A program made the position numbers and the translations under genes. The notes beneath the pieces are model-generated. The model saw nothing but the letters and a program-made list of their open reading frames with translations. It searched no databases and was not told the origin of the DNA. A stretch of 64,000 bases of DNA from a virus. Shown one piece after another: positions 42,314 through 52,131 of this stretch. The DNA lies in the IMG/VR virus record IMGVR_UViG_3300037313_000197, positions 62,891 to 126,890 of that record; one strand, 5' to 3'. Within the stretch, counting starts at the first letter, position 1. Each line of letters starts with the position of its first letter.

Positions 42314-42701
42314 ATGAGTTTTTGAGCCAGCCAAATTGAGCGGCAGTGACTTTGCTGTGGCAGTTAGCACACCTTACATCACACTTCTCAATCTCAGCAA
42401 CAATCGTTTCGATTCCTAGACCGTCTGCAACGGCTCTACCGATATCAAAACTCTTTAACTCTCTATCTCTGTGATCGAACTGTAGGCATCTGATATCAGA
42501 TTCTCCACAGTCAACACATGGATTGTTTTGCAGGTATTCAATTAGGAATTCTTTGTTTCGCCTTTTGTAAGTGGCGTTACGATCTAAATACTGCTGCTTA
42601 TTTGCATAGTAATGCTTTCTTCTGGCTTCTTTAAGCCTCGGATCATTCTTGTCTTTATACGGCATATTTAGATTATAAAGGATTCCAATTGTTTTGTCCA
42701 A
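42294..42701 (-). CDS. Small HNH endonuclease
   Basis: CVDCGE..LQFDHRD..KCDVRCANCH; true start probably MPYKD. Confidence 0.88.
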   Translation of the reverse strand: MDKTIGILYNLNMPYKDKNDPRLKEARRKHYYANKQQYLDRNATYKRRNKEFLIEYLQNNPCVDCGESDIRCLQFDHRDRELKSFDIGRAVADGLGIETIVAEIEKCDVRCANCHSKVTAAQFGWLKNSYVTANG

Positions 42702-42716
42702 TTTGGAACCCTATTG

Positions 42717-42788
42717 TAGCCTATGAGGGAGTCGAACCCTCGTTACAGGAGTGAAAATCCTGCGTCCTAACCGCTGAACGAATAGGCC
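42717..42788 (-). tRNA. tRNA-Glu(TTC)
   Basis: GGCCTAT/ATAGGCT, loop TTTTCAC. Confidence 0.92.
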
Positions 42789-42799
42789 ATTGAGTGTCA

Positions 42800-42828
42800 A
42801 TCTTATCAGACCTTCGATTGACTGTCAA
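42800..42828 (-). promoter_or_regulatory. Sigma70-type promoter (downstream member of a tandem pair)
   Basis: TTGACA-17-TAAGAT. Confidence 0.6.
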
Positions 42829-42876
42829 GGTGCACTTCGGGCGTCTCCGCGTCTGACCTTGCTTTCAACAACTCTT

Positions 42877-42905
42877 ACTTTAGACTCTCTTGGAGTCCGT
42901 GTCAA
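42877..42905 (-). promoter_or_regulatory. Sigma70-type promoter (upstream member of a tandem pair)
   Basis: TTGACA-17-TAAAGT. Confidence 0.6.
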
Positions 42906-42925
42906 GGGCTTTACCCTCTCGGGTT

Positions 42926-43231
42926 TTAGTCGTGTAGATAAAGGTCGCCGGTAGTCGTCATTCCAACAACCGAACCTGTTGGATACTTGTAACCCCATTG
43001 AGAAATACAGGTATATCTACACTGGAATGATGCAACTCCACTACGGGACTGACCGTAGTAAAGATAAGGTCCATAGTCTGTCCACGACGGATATGTCGAT
43101 GACGTATAGATTGTGTGACTCGTACCGTTAATGACAGTACCCTTAACATACGTTGTCGCCTGTGCCTGACCCGCAGGTAGCATTACCATAAACATTGCGA
43201 ACAAAGCCGCGATAATAGCCTTTAACTTCAT
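42926..43231 (-). CDS. Secreted small protein
   Basis: Sec signal MKLKAIIAALFAMFMVMLPAGQAQA. Confidence 0.7.
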   Translation of the reverse strand: MKLKAIIAALFAMFMVMLPAGQAQATTYVKGTVINGTSHTIYTSSTYPSWTDYGPYLYYGQSRSGVASFQCRYTCISQWGYKYPTGSVVGMTTTGDLYLHD

Positions 43232-43262
43232 TATTCCCCTTATTCTGTTTGATCTTTATGGG

Positions 43263-43334
43263 CTCCCCTATCTGGATTCGAACCAAAAATAACTGATTCA
43301 GAGTCAGTCGGTTTACCAATTAGCCTACAGGGGA
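43263..43334 (-). tRNA. tRNA-Gln(CTG)
   Basis: TCCCCTG/TAGGGGA-G73, loop CTCTGAA. Confidence 0.9.
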
Positions 43335-43335
43335 A

Positions 43336-43410
43336 TGGAGCGAGTGACCAGAATCGAACTGGCGTCACAACATTGGAAGTGTTGGGTAATAACCACTATA
43401 CGACACTCGC
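43336..43410 (-). tRNA. tRNA-Gly(TCC)
   Basis: GCGAGTG/CACTCGC-T-CCA, loop CTTCCAA. Confidence 0.93.
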
Positions 43411-43456
43411 ATTGCGTATTTGCACCGCGCCCGGTGGTTCTATAAGTATAGAACGG

Positions 43457-43786
43457 TTAGTCTTCTCTGTCAACTCTGATGAACTCAGTGTATGAAACTG
43501 GCTCTTCCTTCTTGAATCTAACAGTCTGTCTCAAAAGGTCTAACTCTGCTGTCTCATCTCCATCACCAAGGAATACATCGATTCCGAAGCCTGTTGTTCC
43601 TCCATCACCACCGAGCAATTCCTGAAAGATGATTCTAGCCAGATAAGGAGGATCATCCCATCGAGATACACCGCGCTTTAGAGCAGCCTGTAGATCAGAG
43701 CCGATCTTGTACCGGCTCCAATGTGTGTACAGATAAACCTTCTTGCCGTCTCCATAATTGAGAACGACGTTTCCTCTATCTCCCAT
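43457..43786 (-). CDS. Conserved phage hypothetical protein
   Basis: MGDRGN..VYLYTHW..RWDDPPYLARIIF. Confidence 0.7.
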   Translation of the reverse strand: MGDRGNVVLNYGDGKKVYLYTHWSRYKIGSDLQAALKRGVSRWDDPPYLARIIFQELLGGDGGTTGFGIDVFLGDGDETAELDLLRQTVRFKKEEPVSYTEFIRVDRED

Positions 43787-44399
43787 TACTTCCTCTTTCC
43801 GTGCTTGATTTCAGAGCCTTCTCGTAGCGTCTAAGGATTTCCTCACCGCTTACCGGCGTGAAGCCATTAGCGTCCACGCCAACAGAGAGCATTGGAGTGC
43901 CCTTCTTGGAGAAGGTACTTTGCTCGGTCTGGTGAGTATGCCCGTGAATAAGTGGCACGTTCTGGTCAGTAGGACGGAGGTTGACATGCCTGTCCTTGTC
44001 CGTGTGGTCACCAGTGTAAGGGTAGTGCGAAAGCACAAACATCTGGTTACCAATAGAGAACTGCTCAGTCTCGTTCCAGACCTCATCGAAAACCTCTAGG
44101 TAATCATCCATAAACCGATCCCTACGCGCCTCGGACTCTAGAGAGGATACGCGGTCATGGTTACCCGGCACAAGTACCTTGAAGCCGGGAAGACCCTTCA
44201 TCTTCATCAGACCTTCCGGCCATGGACCCATTGCCACATCGCCAAGGTGAATCACCATATCATCAGCCGTAACCGTCTCATGCCAGTTGGCAATGAGCAT
44301 AGCATCGTGGTGGTCAATATCCTTGAACGGACGACCGTCTCCAAGATGGAGAATGTTCTTATGACCAAAGTGTGTGTCACTTGTGAAAAATACAGTCAT
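43776..44399 (-). CDS. Calcineurin-like phosphoesterase
   Basis: FTSDTHFGH, HLGD, GNHD, LSHYP, HGHTH, VGVD. Confidence 0.9.
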   Translation of the reverse strand: MTVFFTSDTHFGHKNILHLGDGRPFKDIDHHDAMLIANWHETVTADDMVIHLGDVAMGPWPEGLMKMKGLPGFKVLVPGNHDRVSSLESEARRDRFMDDYLEVFDEVWNETEQFSIGNQMFVLSHYPYTGDHTDKDRHVNLRPTDQNVPLIHGHTHQTEQSTFSKKGTPMLSVGVDANGFTPVSGEEILRRYEKALKSSTERGSNGR

Positions 44400-44692
44400 T
44401 ACTTCTCCTTAATAAGAAGTAGAGCGAGAAAGAAAGAGCGAACCCTGTACCAGAAAATCTTTGACTGCATGCTCTGATCCTTCTTCTCAGGAAGGAAGAA
44501 AGCCTTTCTTGCGGCGCGGTGAGAGCCAGTAACATGAACCATCAGGAGAAGACCGATCCATGAAGTAATCGAAATCATGAGAAGAGCAAAGAACAGGTCA
44601 AAACCATCAAGCGTACGGTCAAAGTAGTAAACTCGGAAGAAGAACCAGAGAGGTAGTAGCCAGACACCTAGGATAATGAGGAATGTAATCAC
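44399..44692 (-). CDS. Membrane protein
   Basis: Two N-terminal TM segments. Confidence 0.6.
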   Translation of the reverse strand: MITFLIILGVWLLPLWFFFRVYYFDRTLDGFDLFFALLMISITSWIGLLLMVHVTGSHRAARKAFFLPEKKDQSMQSKIFWYRVRSFFLALLLIKEK

Positions 44693-45372
44693 TTGAAGTC
44701 CTTTGCCTTGATCTTGGTGATGATTCGCCTACCGGCGCGGTCAAAAAGAGGAACAGCAGGCACAGCAATGATACCCTCTGCCTCAAAGTCTCCCCACATC
44801 GAGCGAAGACCCTTGAAGTTCGGACTCATGTGCTTGACCATACCACCAGAACGGGTGTTGTAGCAACCGTACTTAACAAGTTCCATTCCATCCTGCAACG
44901 TACCGCGACCCAGCACCGGAACAGACTCTAGACCGACCTTGCTACAGAAATCATCAACGTCCTTGCGAAGCAGCCAGAAGTCACCTACGCGAACGTCAAA
45001 AGCAACGAAATCAGGAAGGTCACCGTACTTGCCACCGCCGTTGATCTTCGGACCATATCCCTCACCATAAATGGTAAGTTCATCGATCTTTCGATCCTGC
45101 ATGATGATAGCAACATTCTTACTGATGCGCTCACACAGATTCTCTAGGTGAGCCAGAAGAGGCTTAGGAATCTGAGCATTATCAGTCCTGCCACCAATCC
45201 AGAAACCACCATACGAATTGAACGTAAGTCGAATGTTGGTACCGTCAACCTTCTCAGTGAACTCCCACTCTAGACGAGACAGGTATTCCAGTTCTGGGAG
45301 ACACCACTCACCATGGAGCATAACTCCCTTGTCATCCCGCTTGAACGGGGCATTGATCTTGTGGTACTCCAC
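44689..45372 (-). CDS. RNA ligase 2-like nucleotidyltransferase
   Basis: TEKVDGTN, YGEGYG, FVAFDV, EGII, ITKIK. Confidence 0.88.
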   Translation of the reverse strand: MEYHKINAPFKRDDKGVMLHGEWCLPELEYLSRLEWEFTEKVDGTNIRLTFNSYGGFWIGGRTDNAQIPKPLLAHLENLCERISKNVAIIMQDRKIDELTIYGEGYGPKINGGGKYGDLPDFVAFDVRVGDFWLLRKDVDDFCSKVGLESVPVLGRGTLQDGMELVKYGCYNTRSGGMVKHMSPNFKGLRSMWGDFEAEGIIAVPAVPLFDRAGRRIITKIKAKDFK

Positions 45373-45381
45373 AGTAACTCC

Positions 45382-45651
45382 TTACTTACAGGACGGGTCA
45401 AGAACAACAGAAATAGCACGAGCCTCATTGTTACCACCGACCGTAGTAGTCGAGTAGCGAACACCATTCTCACAAACGGTAGCAACATTGCCGTACCCGT
45501 CAGGCATTTCAATAATGGTCACAGGCTTGTTGACACGCGGACCAATAGGGGCATCCTTGAACTGCTCCATAGCCTTGTCAAAACCGGGGTCACACGCAGA
45601 GAGCGAGAGCGCCGCAGCAGCAACAGCAAGGCCAACAAAAATCTTCTTCAT
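45382..45651 (-). CDS. Lipoprotein
   Basis: Signal with lipobox LSLSAC. Confidence 0.75.
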   Translation of the reverse strand: MKKIFVGLAVAAAALSLSACDPGFDKAMEQFKDAPIGPRVNKPVTIIEMPDGYGNVATVCENGVRYSTTTVGGNNEARAISVVLDPSCK

Positions 45652-45660
45652 TTTTACTCC

Positions 45661-46287
45661 TTAGTCAGATGGTTCATCGTCGTTGAACAGAGCGTATACT
45701 TCCTCGTCCAGAATGTCAACAGAGGCCAAGATTTTTCTTGCCTTGGTTGCATTTCCAATAAGGAAGAGGTTGATTGCAGTTAGTAGCGCTGCGTCACGTG
45801 CCTTCAAGGCACTGAACTTATCGATATCTACCTCATCATAGTTGGGAGGTAGATCACGGTTGATTCTTTCCATTACCTGCGCCTGCTCGTCGGGAGACAG
45901 GGAGCGCAACATGAACAGGAGATAGCCTAGACGCTCAGTAGGTGTCGTGTCAACTAGGTCTTGGTCTACCTTATTGTCAAACCTGTCGTATGACTGGAAG
46001 TCTGAGGGGTCAGGGTTTTTACTCTCACCCTTTAGGGCCGGGTAAAAATACCGAGCCTTTCCACCGTGCGGAGTGTTTGCCTTGTGCATGTCAACATCTA
46101 CCATAAAGAAGCCCTCAACACTACCGTCCAGAATTGCTTGGTCTAGATTTGCACGAGCGGAAGGACGAAGCACGTCGTAATCCAATACATCAAAGTCTTC
46201 CTGTTTCATTTCTGAAACCGGGACATAACGTACAGATACAACGTGCTTCGTCAATGTTGGTGAAAAGACACCCTTCCAAATACTCAT
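45661..46287 (-). CDS. Hypothetical protein
   Basis: 208-aa ORF, RBS. Confidence 0.6.
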   Translation of the reverse strand: MSIWKGVFSPTLTKHVVSVRYVPVSEMKQEDFDVLDYDVLRPSARANLDQAILDGSVEGFFMVDVDMHKANTPHGGKARYFYPALKGESKNPDPSDFQSYDRFDNKVDQDLVDTTPTERLGYLLFMLRSLSPDEQAQVMERINRDLPPNYDEVDIDKFSALKARDAALLTAINLFLIGNATKARKILASVDILDEEVYALFNDDEPSD

Positions 46288-46574
46288 ACACCCATTATAT
46301 CATCGGGAATAATATCAGGAACAATATCGCCAGCGCGAACATAAATACATGACTGAACAATATCCTCCAAACCACCGATAAGATACTCAGCCATAGCAGC
46401 GCCATGCTGACAGGTTAGACCATTCTCAATTGACTCAACGACCAAGGTCGCCTGCATTTCAAGAACTCTGTTCAGTCCATCAGCAGAAAGATAAACCTTT
46501 CCATCAATAACTTGATGGTCAAGAATGTCCTTCAAAGACTCTTTGTATTCCTCGCTAGGCTCTTCAAATTCCAT
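46284..46574 (-). CDS. Acidic hypothetical protein
   Basis: RBS GGGAG, 4-nt overlap. Confidence 0.6.
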   Translation of the reverse strand: MEFEEPSEEYKESLKDILDHQVIDGKVYLSADGLNRVLEMQATLVVESIENGLTCQHGAAMAEYLIGGLEDIVQSCIYVRAGDIVPDIIPDDIMGV

Positions 46575-46583
46575 AATTACTCC

Positions 46584-47126
46584 CTATCCGAATGCTATTC
46601 TTTGTATTGCAGGTATACGAATTTCCGGCGTATCCACAGTACAGAACCAACAGTGATATGTGCTGTGGTCACAATCCTTTGGACTTCTCTGCAAAGTAGC
46701 AGGCCAGTTCGTGGGCTGCGGACCCGAGAAGCATTCAGGACATTCCTCGCCGGGGTACAAGGCTCTACCGTTTTCACAAAGAGCACACCATTCAGGACGA
46801 GGAACACGAGCAGTCTTCTGCCTTCCCAACAATGGAAGATTACCGTTTTCATCATAAGTCAAGTCAGACTTACGAGAGTTACAAATACGGTGCATCAACT
46901 GCAAGTTGTCTAGAGACCAGATTTGTTCAAATGTCCATCCATCAGCCTTTGCCTTTACCTGTGGGTAAATGTGATCTAGGCTTCTTCCATACCGGCTCTC
47001 TGGGTCTGGGTCGAATGGAAGTCTACAACCGGGGTATTGACACTTGTAACCATCACGATCAATCAGCGCAGCAATTGTCTGTTCGCGGTCGAACACGAAC
47101 GAACTCTCTATATCTATTAGTGTCAT
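46584..47126 (-). CDS. HNH endonuclease with a C-terminal Cys cluster
   Basis: RDGYKCQYPGC..SLDHIYP..NLQLMHRICNSRKS. Confidence 0.85.
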   Translation of the reverse strand: MTLIDIESSFVFDREQTIAALIDRDGYKCQYPGCRLPFDPDPESRYGRSLDHIYPQVKAKADGWTFEQIWSLDNLQLMHRICNSRKSDLTYDENGNLPLLGRQKTARVPRPEWCALCENGRALYPGEECPECFSGPQPTNWPATLQRSPKDCDHSTYHCWFCTVDTPEIRIPAIQRIAFG

Positions 47127-47135
47127 TATCCCTCC

Positions 47136-47444
47136 TTAATTGTATATTTGTGCAGCAAGATCACGTATGTACTTGCCATAGTGTTTTGTCACACTACCTA
47201 CCGGCGTACCTTGTGTCAAGTGGTACTCCCAGAGCAAGTCCTGCAAGTTGAACAAACCTGAGGGACATAGATAAATCTCGTTGCCTTCGACATAAATCTT
47301 TGCAAGTTTCATAGGATTTGGAATGTGTTTAACTGAACATTCACAACTACTATCAACTTCACTACTTCTTATTAAAACATACTCTATATTCATTCTAGTC
47401 TCCATACCGGCCCTTGTCAAGACCCACTTCCTAGGACTTTCCAA
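47136..47444 (-). CDS. Hypothetical protein
   Basis: ORF; start may be MNIEYV. Confidence 0.5.
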   Translation of the reverse strand: MESPRKWVLTRAGMETRMNIEYVLIRSSEVDSSCECSVKHIPNPMKLAKIYVEGNEIYLCPSGLFNLQDLLWEYHLTQGTPVGSVTKHYGKYIRDLAAQIYN

Positions 47445-49270
47445 CCTGAGATAAAACTCGCTAGATCAGCGGGCATCTGTTCACGTTGTGGAGCACGGAT
47501 CGGAGCCACTTGATTTTCCTGTCTTTCTTCTGTAGCCTTGTTCTCTTGCCTCAACATACTCAGTGTCTTTACTTCAATCTCAGCCAAGTCAGGACGAGGC
47601 GTGTGCGTAATTGCGTTAAAGATCGCTCCACAGATGGAGTCCGAGAAGTCCTTGGTACCGCTACGGCTGTGGTCGATCTTATCAGCCTTGGTTACTCTCA
47701 ACGCAAGCAACTCGTCTACAAACAAATCATTATGCGGTGCAGAGAGTCTTCCCTCATGAACCATCATAGCCATGTCAGTATAGTGTTTCTTTGCTACTGA
47801 CAGGATTTCCGAATTGATACCGGCCCTTCTCAGTTCGTGCTTCATGTCGTTTGAGTTCCAACGGTCGAAGGTCACCAGTGCCAAATCAAATCCACGGCGC
47901 TGTAGCGAGAGGATAAATTCGCGGACCTCCGAGAAGTCCACTGTCTTTTCTTTGGTCGGCGTCCACCATCTTACAACGTCTACAACGACCTGTGGTGCTG
48001 GCTCTGTTAGGTTCGCTCCAATCTTCCTCTGCTCCCACTTTTCTACATGGGCCATGGTGACAACACATCGGTCAATCTTCTGAGCAAGGTCAACGTGAAC
48101 GTAGTAACGGGTACTATCCTTTGGCCCAAACCACTCCTCAAATCTGTTTTCTTCATCGATACCATTGTGACCACGGAAGGCATTCTCCATTGCCTCGCGG
48201 TCCTTGAAGAATGCGTCAACTGCCTCGGGAGGCATGCAGGCAAAACGTGAAAGAGCATCCACAGGATTCTTCAAGAAGGCTTCCATATAGTTTTCAATCT
48301 TCTTGGTTGGGTTAACTTCCCAAGAAGGACGCTTTAGTGCAAAGACTCTTGGCTCAGCGTATCGAATGATATGGTCTTCTTCCCATTGAATCTTGAATTC
48401 ATTACCCGGCGTGCCCGGTGGAAGGTCTTCGTGAATCTGAAAAGTGTGTTCTCTGATAATGGTATGCTTTTCACCCTGAGTTGGAGGATTGCCGTAGGGG
48501 TTTCCCTCTACCGCCTCCTTGTAACGTTGCTGGATGAAGTCATCCTTGAATCGTGGGAAGGAAAGTAGAACTACCTTTCCAACCTCTGGGAAACGAGAAG
48601 TAACAGATGCCGCGTACATATCATAAACAGCCTGAGCGGTCTTTCCATGCTCGTTACCAGTGTTGCTGTCAAGAGCGAAACCTGAAATCTCGTCAAGAAC
48701 AACATACAGAACGTTGTAACCTTCCCAAGCCTCTCGCTCGGAGTGACCTGAGTAAACGTTAATGTTCTTATCAAAGGCCATGTGTCCTGCCTTCTTTTCG
48801 TACTTACCCTCAAACCATGGGGAACGTTCGATACGAATAACAAAGTTCTTGAAGAACACGTTGTTAGCCTGTTGAGCGTTGATAGCAATATTCAGAATGT
48901 CAATTGAGTCACCGGCTGGCTTACCGTAGTATTCAGCGGGGTCACGAAGACACAGTAGCAGGTACACGATGTAGGCACAAGCCACGGTGGACAGGAAGTC
49001 CTTACCAGAACCCTTGCCCAATTGTGCGATTACTTCTCGTGCTGTCTTCTTCCATCTACGAAGGCCCTCGTCTTCGCCATAGAGGCTCTGTAACGTTGGC
49101 AAGAAATAGATCTGACTAGATGCCTCTACCAATTCATACTGATACTCAGACAGCGGTGAGGCACCCATGTTGAGGTAGTTTGGGCTGGTAACGAACGTGC
49201 GAATATCGACGGGGCGCTCTTCAAAGTCGTCACCGCCAACGGCATTCATAAGATTAGTAAAGTTAAGCAT
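47417..49270 (-). CDS. terL: Terminase large subunit
   Basis: GKGSGKD Walker A, VVLDEISG Walker B, LLSFPR, YVHVDLA nuclease motif, FDRWNS, KDFSDS. Confidence 0.9.
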   Translation of the reverse strand: MLNFTNLMNAVGGDDFEERPVDIRTFVTSPNYLNMGASPLSEYQYELVEASSQIYFLPTLQSLYGEDEGLRRWKKTAREVIAQLGKGSGKDFLSTVACAYIVYLLLCLRDPAEYYGKPAGDSIDILNIAINAQQANNVFFKNFVIRIERSPWFEGKYEKKAGHMAFDKNINVYSGHSEREAWEGYNVLYVVLDEISGFALDSNTGNEHGKTAQAVYDMYAASVTSRFPEVGKVVLLSFPRFKDDFIQQRYKEAVEGNPYGNPPTQGEKHTIIREHTFQIHEDLPPGTPGNEFKIQWEEDHIIRYAEPRVFALKRPSWEVNPTKKIENYMEAFLKNPVDALSRFACMPPEAVDAFFKDREAMENAFRGHNGIDEENRFEEWFGPKDSTRYYVHVDLAQKIDRCVVTMAHVEKWEQRKIGANLTEPAPQVVVDVVRWWTPTKEKTVDFSEVREFILSLQRRGFDLALVTFDRWNSNDMKHELRRAGINSEILSVAKKHYTDMAMMVHEGRLSAPHNDLFVDELLALRVTKADKIDHSRSGTKDFSDSICGAIFNAITHTPRPDLAEIEVKTLSMLRQENKATEERQENQVAPIRAPQREQMPADLASFISGWKVLGSGS

Positions 49271-49824
49271 CAGTTAACAATCTCTCCTTTGAGAACGTCT
49301 TCTGATTCCCCTGAGGGTACTGTGCTGTCGCCAAAGATTCTCGATAGTCTTTCCTGAATGAACGCTCGTGTTTGTGGATACTTTTGAGCAACCTCTTGGA
49401 ACATAAGATGGATAGCCTCTGACTTGCGTTCCATTTCGGCAATTTCTTCTGCCATTGAGTTATCATCATACAGACCGGCCTTCTGCAAGGACTCTTGACG
49501 CTTTGATTCAACGTCAGCAATGTTCTTCAATACCGTCGCCCTTGTCTTGTCATCTGCCGGACCATTAACAATAGCCCACATCTCCTTGATGATAAGGTCG
49601 AAGTGCTTGTCCATGGCAGTCATTGCCTCACGGGCGCGTGCCTGAATGTCTGGATTATTAGCAGCGATGGAGCGCCACTCATCCATAAAGTTCAATACTT
49701 CTTTACGAGTCATTCCAAGTTCGCGGGCAAGCGTAGTAGGGTTAGTTTCTCCCTTTAGCATAGCCTCAACGACTTGATTCATTTGCTCATAATACTCTGC
49801 GTCTTCTACATGTGTTACTGTCAT
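49270..49824 (-). CDS. Putative terminase small subunit (HTH plus helical)
   Basis: NPTTLARELGMTRKEV HTH; abuts terL. Confidence 0.55.
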   Translation of the reverse strand: MTVTHVEDAEYYEQMNQVVEAMLKGETNPTTLARELGMTRKEVLNFMDEWRSIAANNPDIQARAREAMTAMDKHFDLIIKEMWAIVNGPADDKTRATVLKNIADVESKRQESLQKAGLYDDNSMAEEIAEMERKSEAIHLMFQEVAQKYPQTRAFIQERLSRIFGDSTVPSGESEDVLKGEIVN

Positions 49825-50060
49825 TTGTTTCTACTTCTCTTCCTTTGAGGTACGTTCACTAGTCTTCCCACCGGAACCATCCTCTTTTCCTTTCCAATGT
49901 GGATCAACAGATAATCCTTGCCATTGTCTAGGTTATGGACCAAGCATTCAAAGATAACTAGTCCATAAATGCCACTAACCTTTAGAAAGGCTCCGCTCTT
50001 TACGGTAACATCTCTAAAGGTTAGGGTGTGTGAAATTATTGCGTTTTCAGTGTATGACAC
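49821..50060 (-). CDS. Hypothetical protein
   Basis: 4-nt overlap with the next gene. Confidence 0.55.
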   Translation of the reverse strand: MSYTENAIISHTLTFRDVTVKSGAFLKVSGIYGLVIFECLVHNLDNGKDYLLIHIGKEKRMVPVGRLVNVPQRKRSRNK

Positions 50061-50077
50061 CGGAGTTAACCTTTCCT

Positions 50078-50656
50078 TTAGCGGTTACCTCTCCATTGTA
50101 TCATATTATTTATATATTCAATGTACTCTTGGTAGCCCATGCTGTTCTTTGCTCTATTACAAACAAAGCAACAGGGAACTACATTCTCAATTACATATCC
50201 GATATCATTGTTCAGTCGATCAAGACCGTTATATCTAAAGTCTTTAATCAGGAACTCGCCTTTACGCTTCGATGCTACATTGATTGAGTTCTGATCTACC
50301 CGGCCGCAGTAGTGACATGGCTGATGAATAGCCTCTAGGAACCAATCTAACGGCAGATCGAATTCACGACCTCCCCTAGCAGCATCGGATTTAACTCGCT
50401 TATATGCGGCCCTTTCTCCGATGTTCGGCTGCATGTTTTCCTTGCGCTTACACTGCTTACATCTGATCTGTGCAGATGTTTCAATCTTGTAGTCACGGGA
50501 AAGAGTGAATTGCTCACCGCACTCGCATTTGAAGATAAAAAACTTTTTCCCGTGACCATAGAGTGTCGCATGTTCATAGGTGAACGTATGCCAGTTCTTA
50601 TCTATGAACGTTTGCAACTTCAAGAAGAATGTCCGCCGTTCTTTGTGGGACTCCAA
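50078..50656 (-). CDS. HNH-type homing endonuclease
   Basis: CECG..CHYCG..NGLDRLNNDIGY..ENVVPCCFVCNRAK. Confidence 0.82.
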   Translation of the reverse strand: MESHKERRTFFLKLQTFIDKNWHTFTYEHATLYGHGKKFFIFKCECGEQFTLSRDYKIETSAQIRCKQCKRKENMQPNIGERAAYKRVKSDAARGGREFDLPLDWFLEAIHQPCHYCGRVDQNSINVASKRKGEFLIKDFRYNGLDRLNNDIGYVIENVVPCCFVCNRAKNSMGYQEYIEYINNMIQWRGNR

Positions 50657-50793
50657 ACTTGTCCCTCAAACTTGTAAGTGCGGTTCAACTTGTTTCCACA
50701 AGTCTTGCAAGTCTGCTTGTCTCTTTCGTCAATCTTGACGAGTCTATCTTCGTCGGTATCGCAGGCAAGACACGAATACGAGTAGTTAGGCAA
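50620..50793 (-). CDS. FmdB-like zinc-ribbon protein
   Basis: Hand translation from TTG: MPNYSYSCLACDT..TCKTCGNKLNR. Confidence 0.75.
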   Translation of the reverse strand: MPNYSYSCLACDTDEDRLVKIDERDKQTCKTCGNKLNRTYKFEGQVWSPTKNGGHSS

Positions 50794-50802
50794 TTTCTTT
50801 CC

Positions 50803-51399
50803 TTATGCTAGTTGGGCCAGCAGTTCCTTGCCGACGCTTAATTCTTCAACCTTATTAGGATATTCTACCACGTCAGAAATACGATAGTTTCCTGCATCGA
50901 AGTCATCGTTCCATGGACGGGTAATGAGATACGTTGGCGTACCGGCCTTCCACAGTGCTTCGAAGTTGGCAACCTTATCTTCTACAAAGATATCAGTTGG
51001 AGCAATGGTCTTATCTGGTGAGAAGTGAATCTCATCAAACTCTGGGAAACCATATTCGGACCACCACTCGATAGTTGCATCCTCGCTAACCTTTGGAGTA
51101 GTACCAAAGGAGCGGTCGGTAATAACGATGATTTCATGACCGGCATTCTTGACAGCCCATACCGCCTCTACCGCGTTCTCACGGACATTGCCACGGAAGA
51201 TGTAACCGGCGTCAGCACCATCATGGCAGAACTTTAGGAAGTCATCTGTTGTCCACTTCCAGTCCTTGTACCAATCCCAATATGGCTTTGGGTTGGGGCC
51301 ACTCTTCCAGAGATGGTCTTGGCCGGTAGCCTCTAGATAGTCCTTAACTGACTGTCCAAAATTGAACAAAACGCCATCTAAATCAAAACCTACACGCAT
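50803..51399 (-). CDS. 5'(3')-deoxyribonucleotidase (HAD)
   Basis: VGFDLDGV, VITDR, IFVEDK, PWN; start trimmed to MRVGF. Confidence 0.85.
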   Translation of the reverse strand: MRVGFDLDGVLFNFGQSVKDYLEATGQDHLWKSGPNPKPYWDWYKDWKWTTDDFLKFCHDGADAGYIFRGNVRENAVEAVWAVKNAGHEIIVITDRSFGTTPKVSEDATIEWWSEYGFPEFDEIHFSPDKTIAPTDIFVEDKVANFEALWKAGTPTYLITRPWNDDFDAGNYRISDVVEYPNKVEELSVGKELLAQLA

Positions 51400-51537
51400 A
51401 TTAACTCCATTCAATATTGATCCAGCGGTTACCGAACCAAATCTCAACCATGCCTCGGAAACGATACATCTTGAACCATCCGTTGTGGTGGTCATCCACG
51501 CTTTCGAAGCGCCCTGTCATTAGATTCATGTTATCCC

Positions 51538-52131
51538 TTAGAAGCCGATTCTTTCAGCAATAGACTTAATCTTCTCTTGATATTCTTCAAGAGTTCCGTC
51601 ATTCTGGATATAACCATCAAAATCATAGTTGTCCAGCGAGGTTTCGCTTGCGTGGTTGTTAGCAGGTCCGACACCACTACGGGTAATCCTCCATATAACA
51701 CCGCCGCGCTCTCGTACGGCTTCTGCTTCATTGGGGAACCGTACATCTGTAATAACATATCTGCCGTCTTCTGGCTTACCAGCAAATGCGGCGTCGATCC
51801 AGATGGAGTCCCAAAGAGTATTACGTCCTGCTTCTGTTCCGAGCCTTTGAAGAAGTCCACGAATTTCTGTCCCATGTACCGTTCCCTTATATCCGTCCCA
51901 GCCATACTCGTCAATCACATCGCGCACCCTAATGGACTTGTATTCCACAGGATCAAGAAACTTGTCTCTATCAAACTCTAGAGCACTTACAAAAACAATA
52001 GGATTCAACGCATACAAGAAGTCTCTCAACTTGTCTGCAAATGCAATACGCTCAAAACCATACTTCTCTACTAAAGTCTTTGCGGCCTCATCCTTGCCAA
52101 CTCTGGCGTAACCACTGAGCCCCAGAATCAT
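51538..52131 (-). CDS. Deoxynucleoside monophosphate kinase
   Basis: LGLSGYARVGKD, FADKL, RGLLQRLGTEAGR, ITDVRFPNE, HASE. Confidence 0.92.
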   Translation of the reverse strand: MILGLSGYARVGKDEAAKTLVEKYGFERIAFADKLRDFLYALNPIVFVSALEFDRDKFLDPVEYKSIRVRDVIDEYGWDGYKGTVHGTEIRGLLQRLGTEAGRNTLWDSIWIDAAFAGKPEDGRYVITDVRFPNEAEAVRERGGVIWRITRSGVGPANNHASETSLDNYDFDGYIQNDGTLEEYQEKIKSIAERIGF

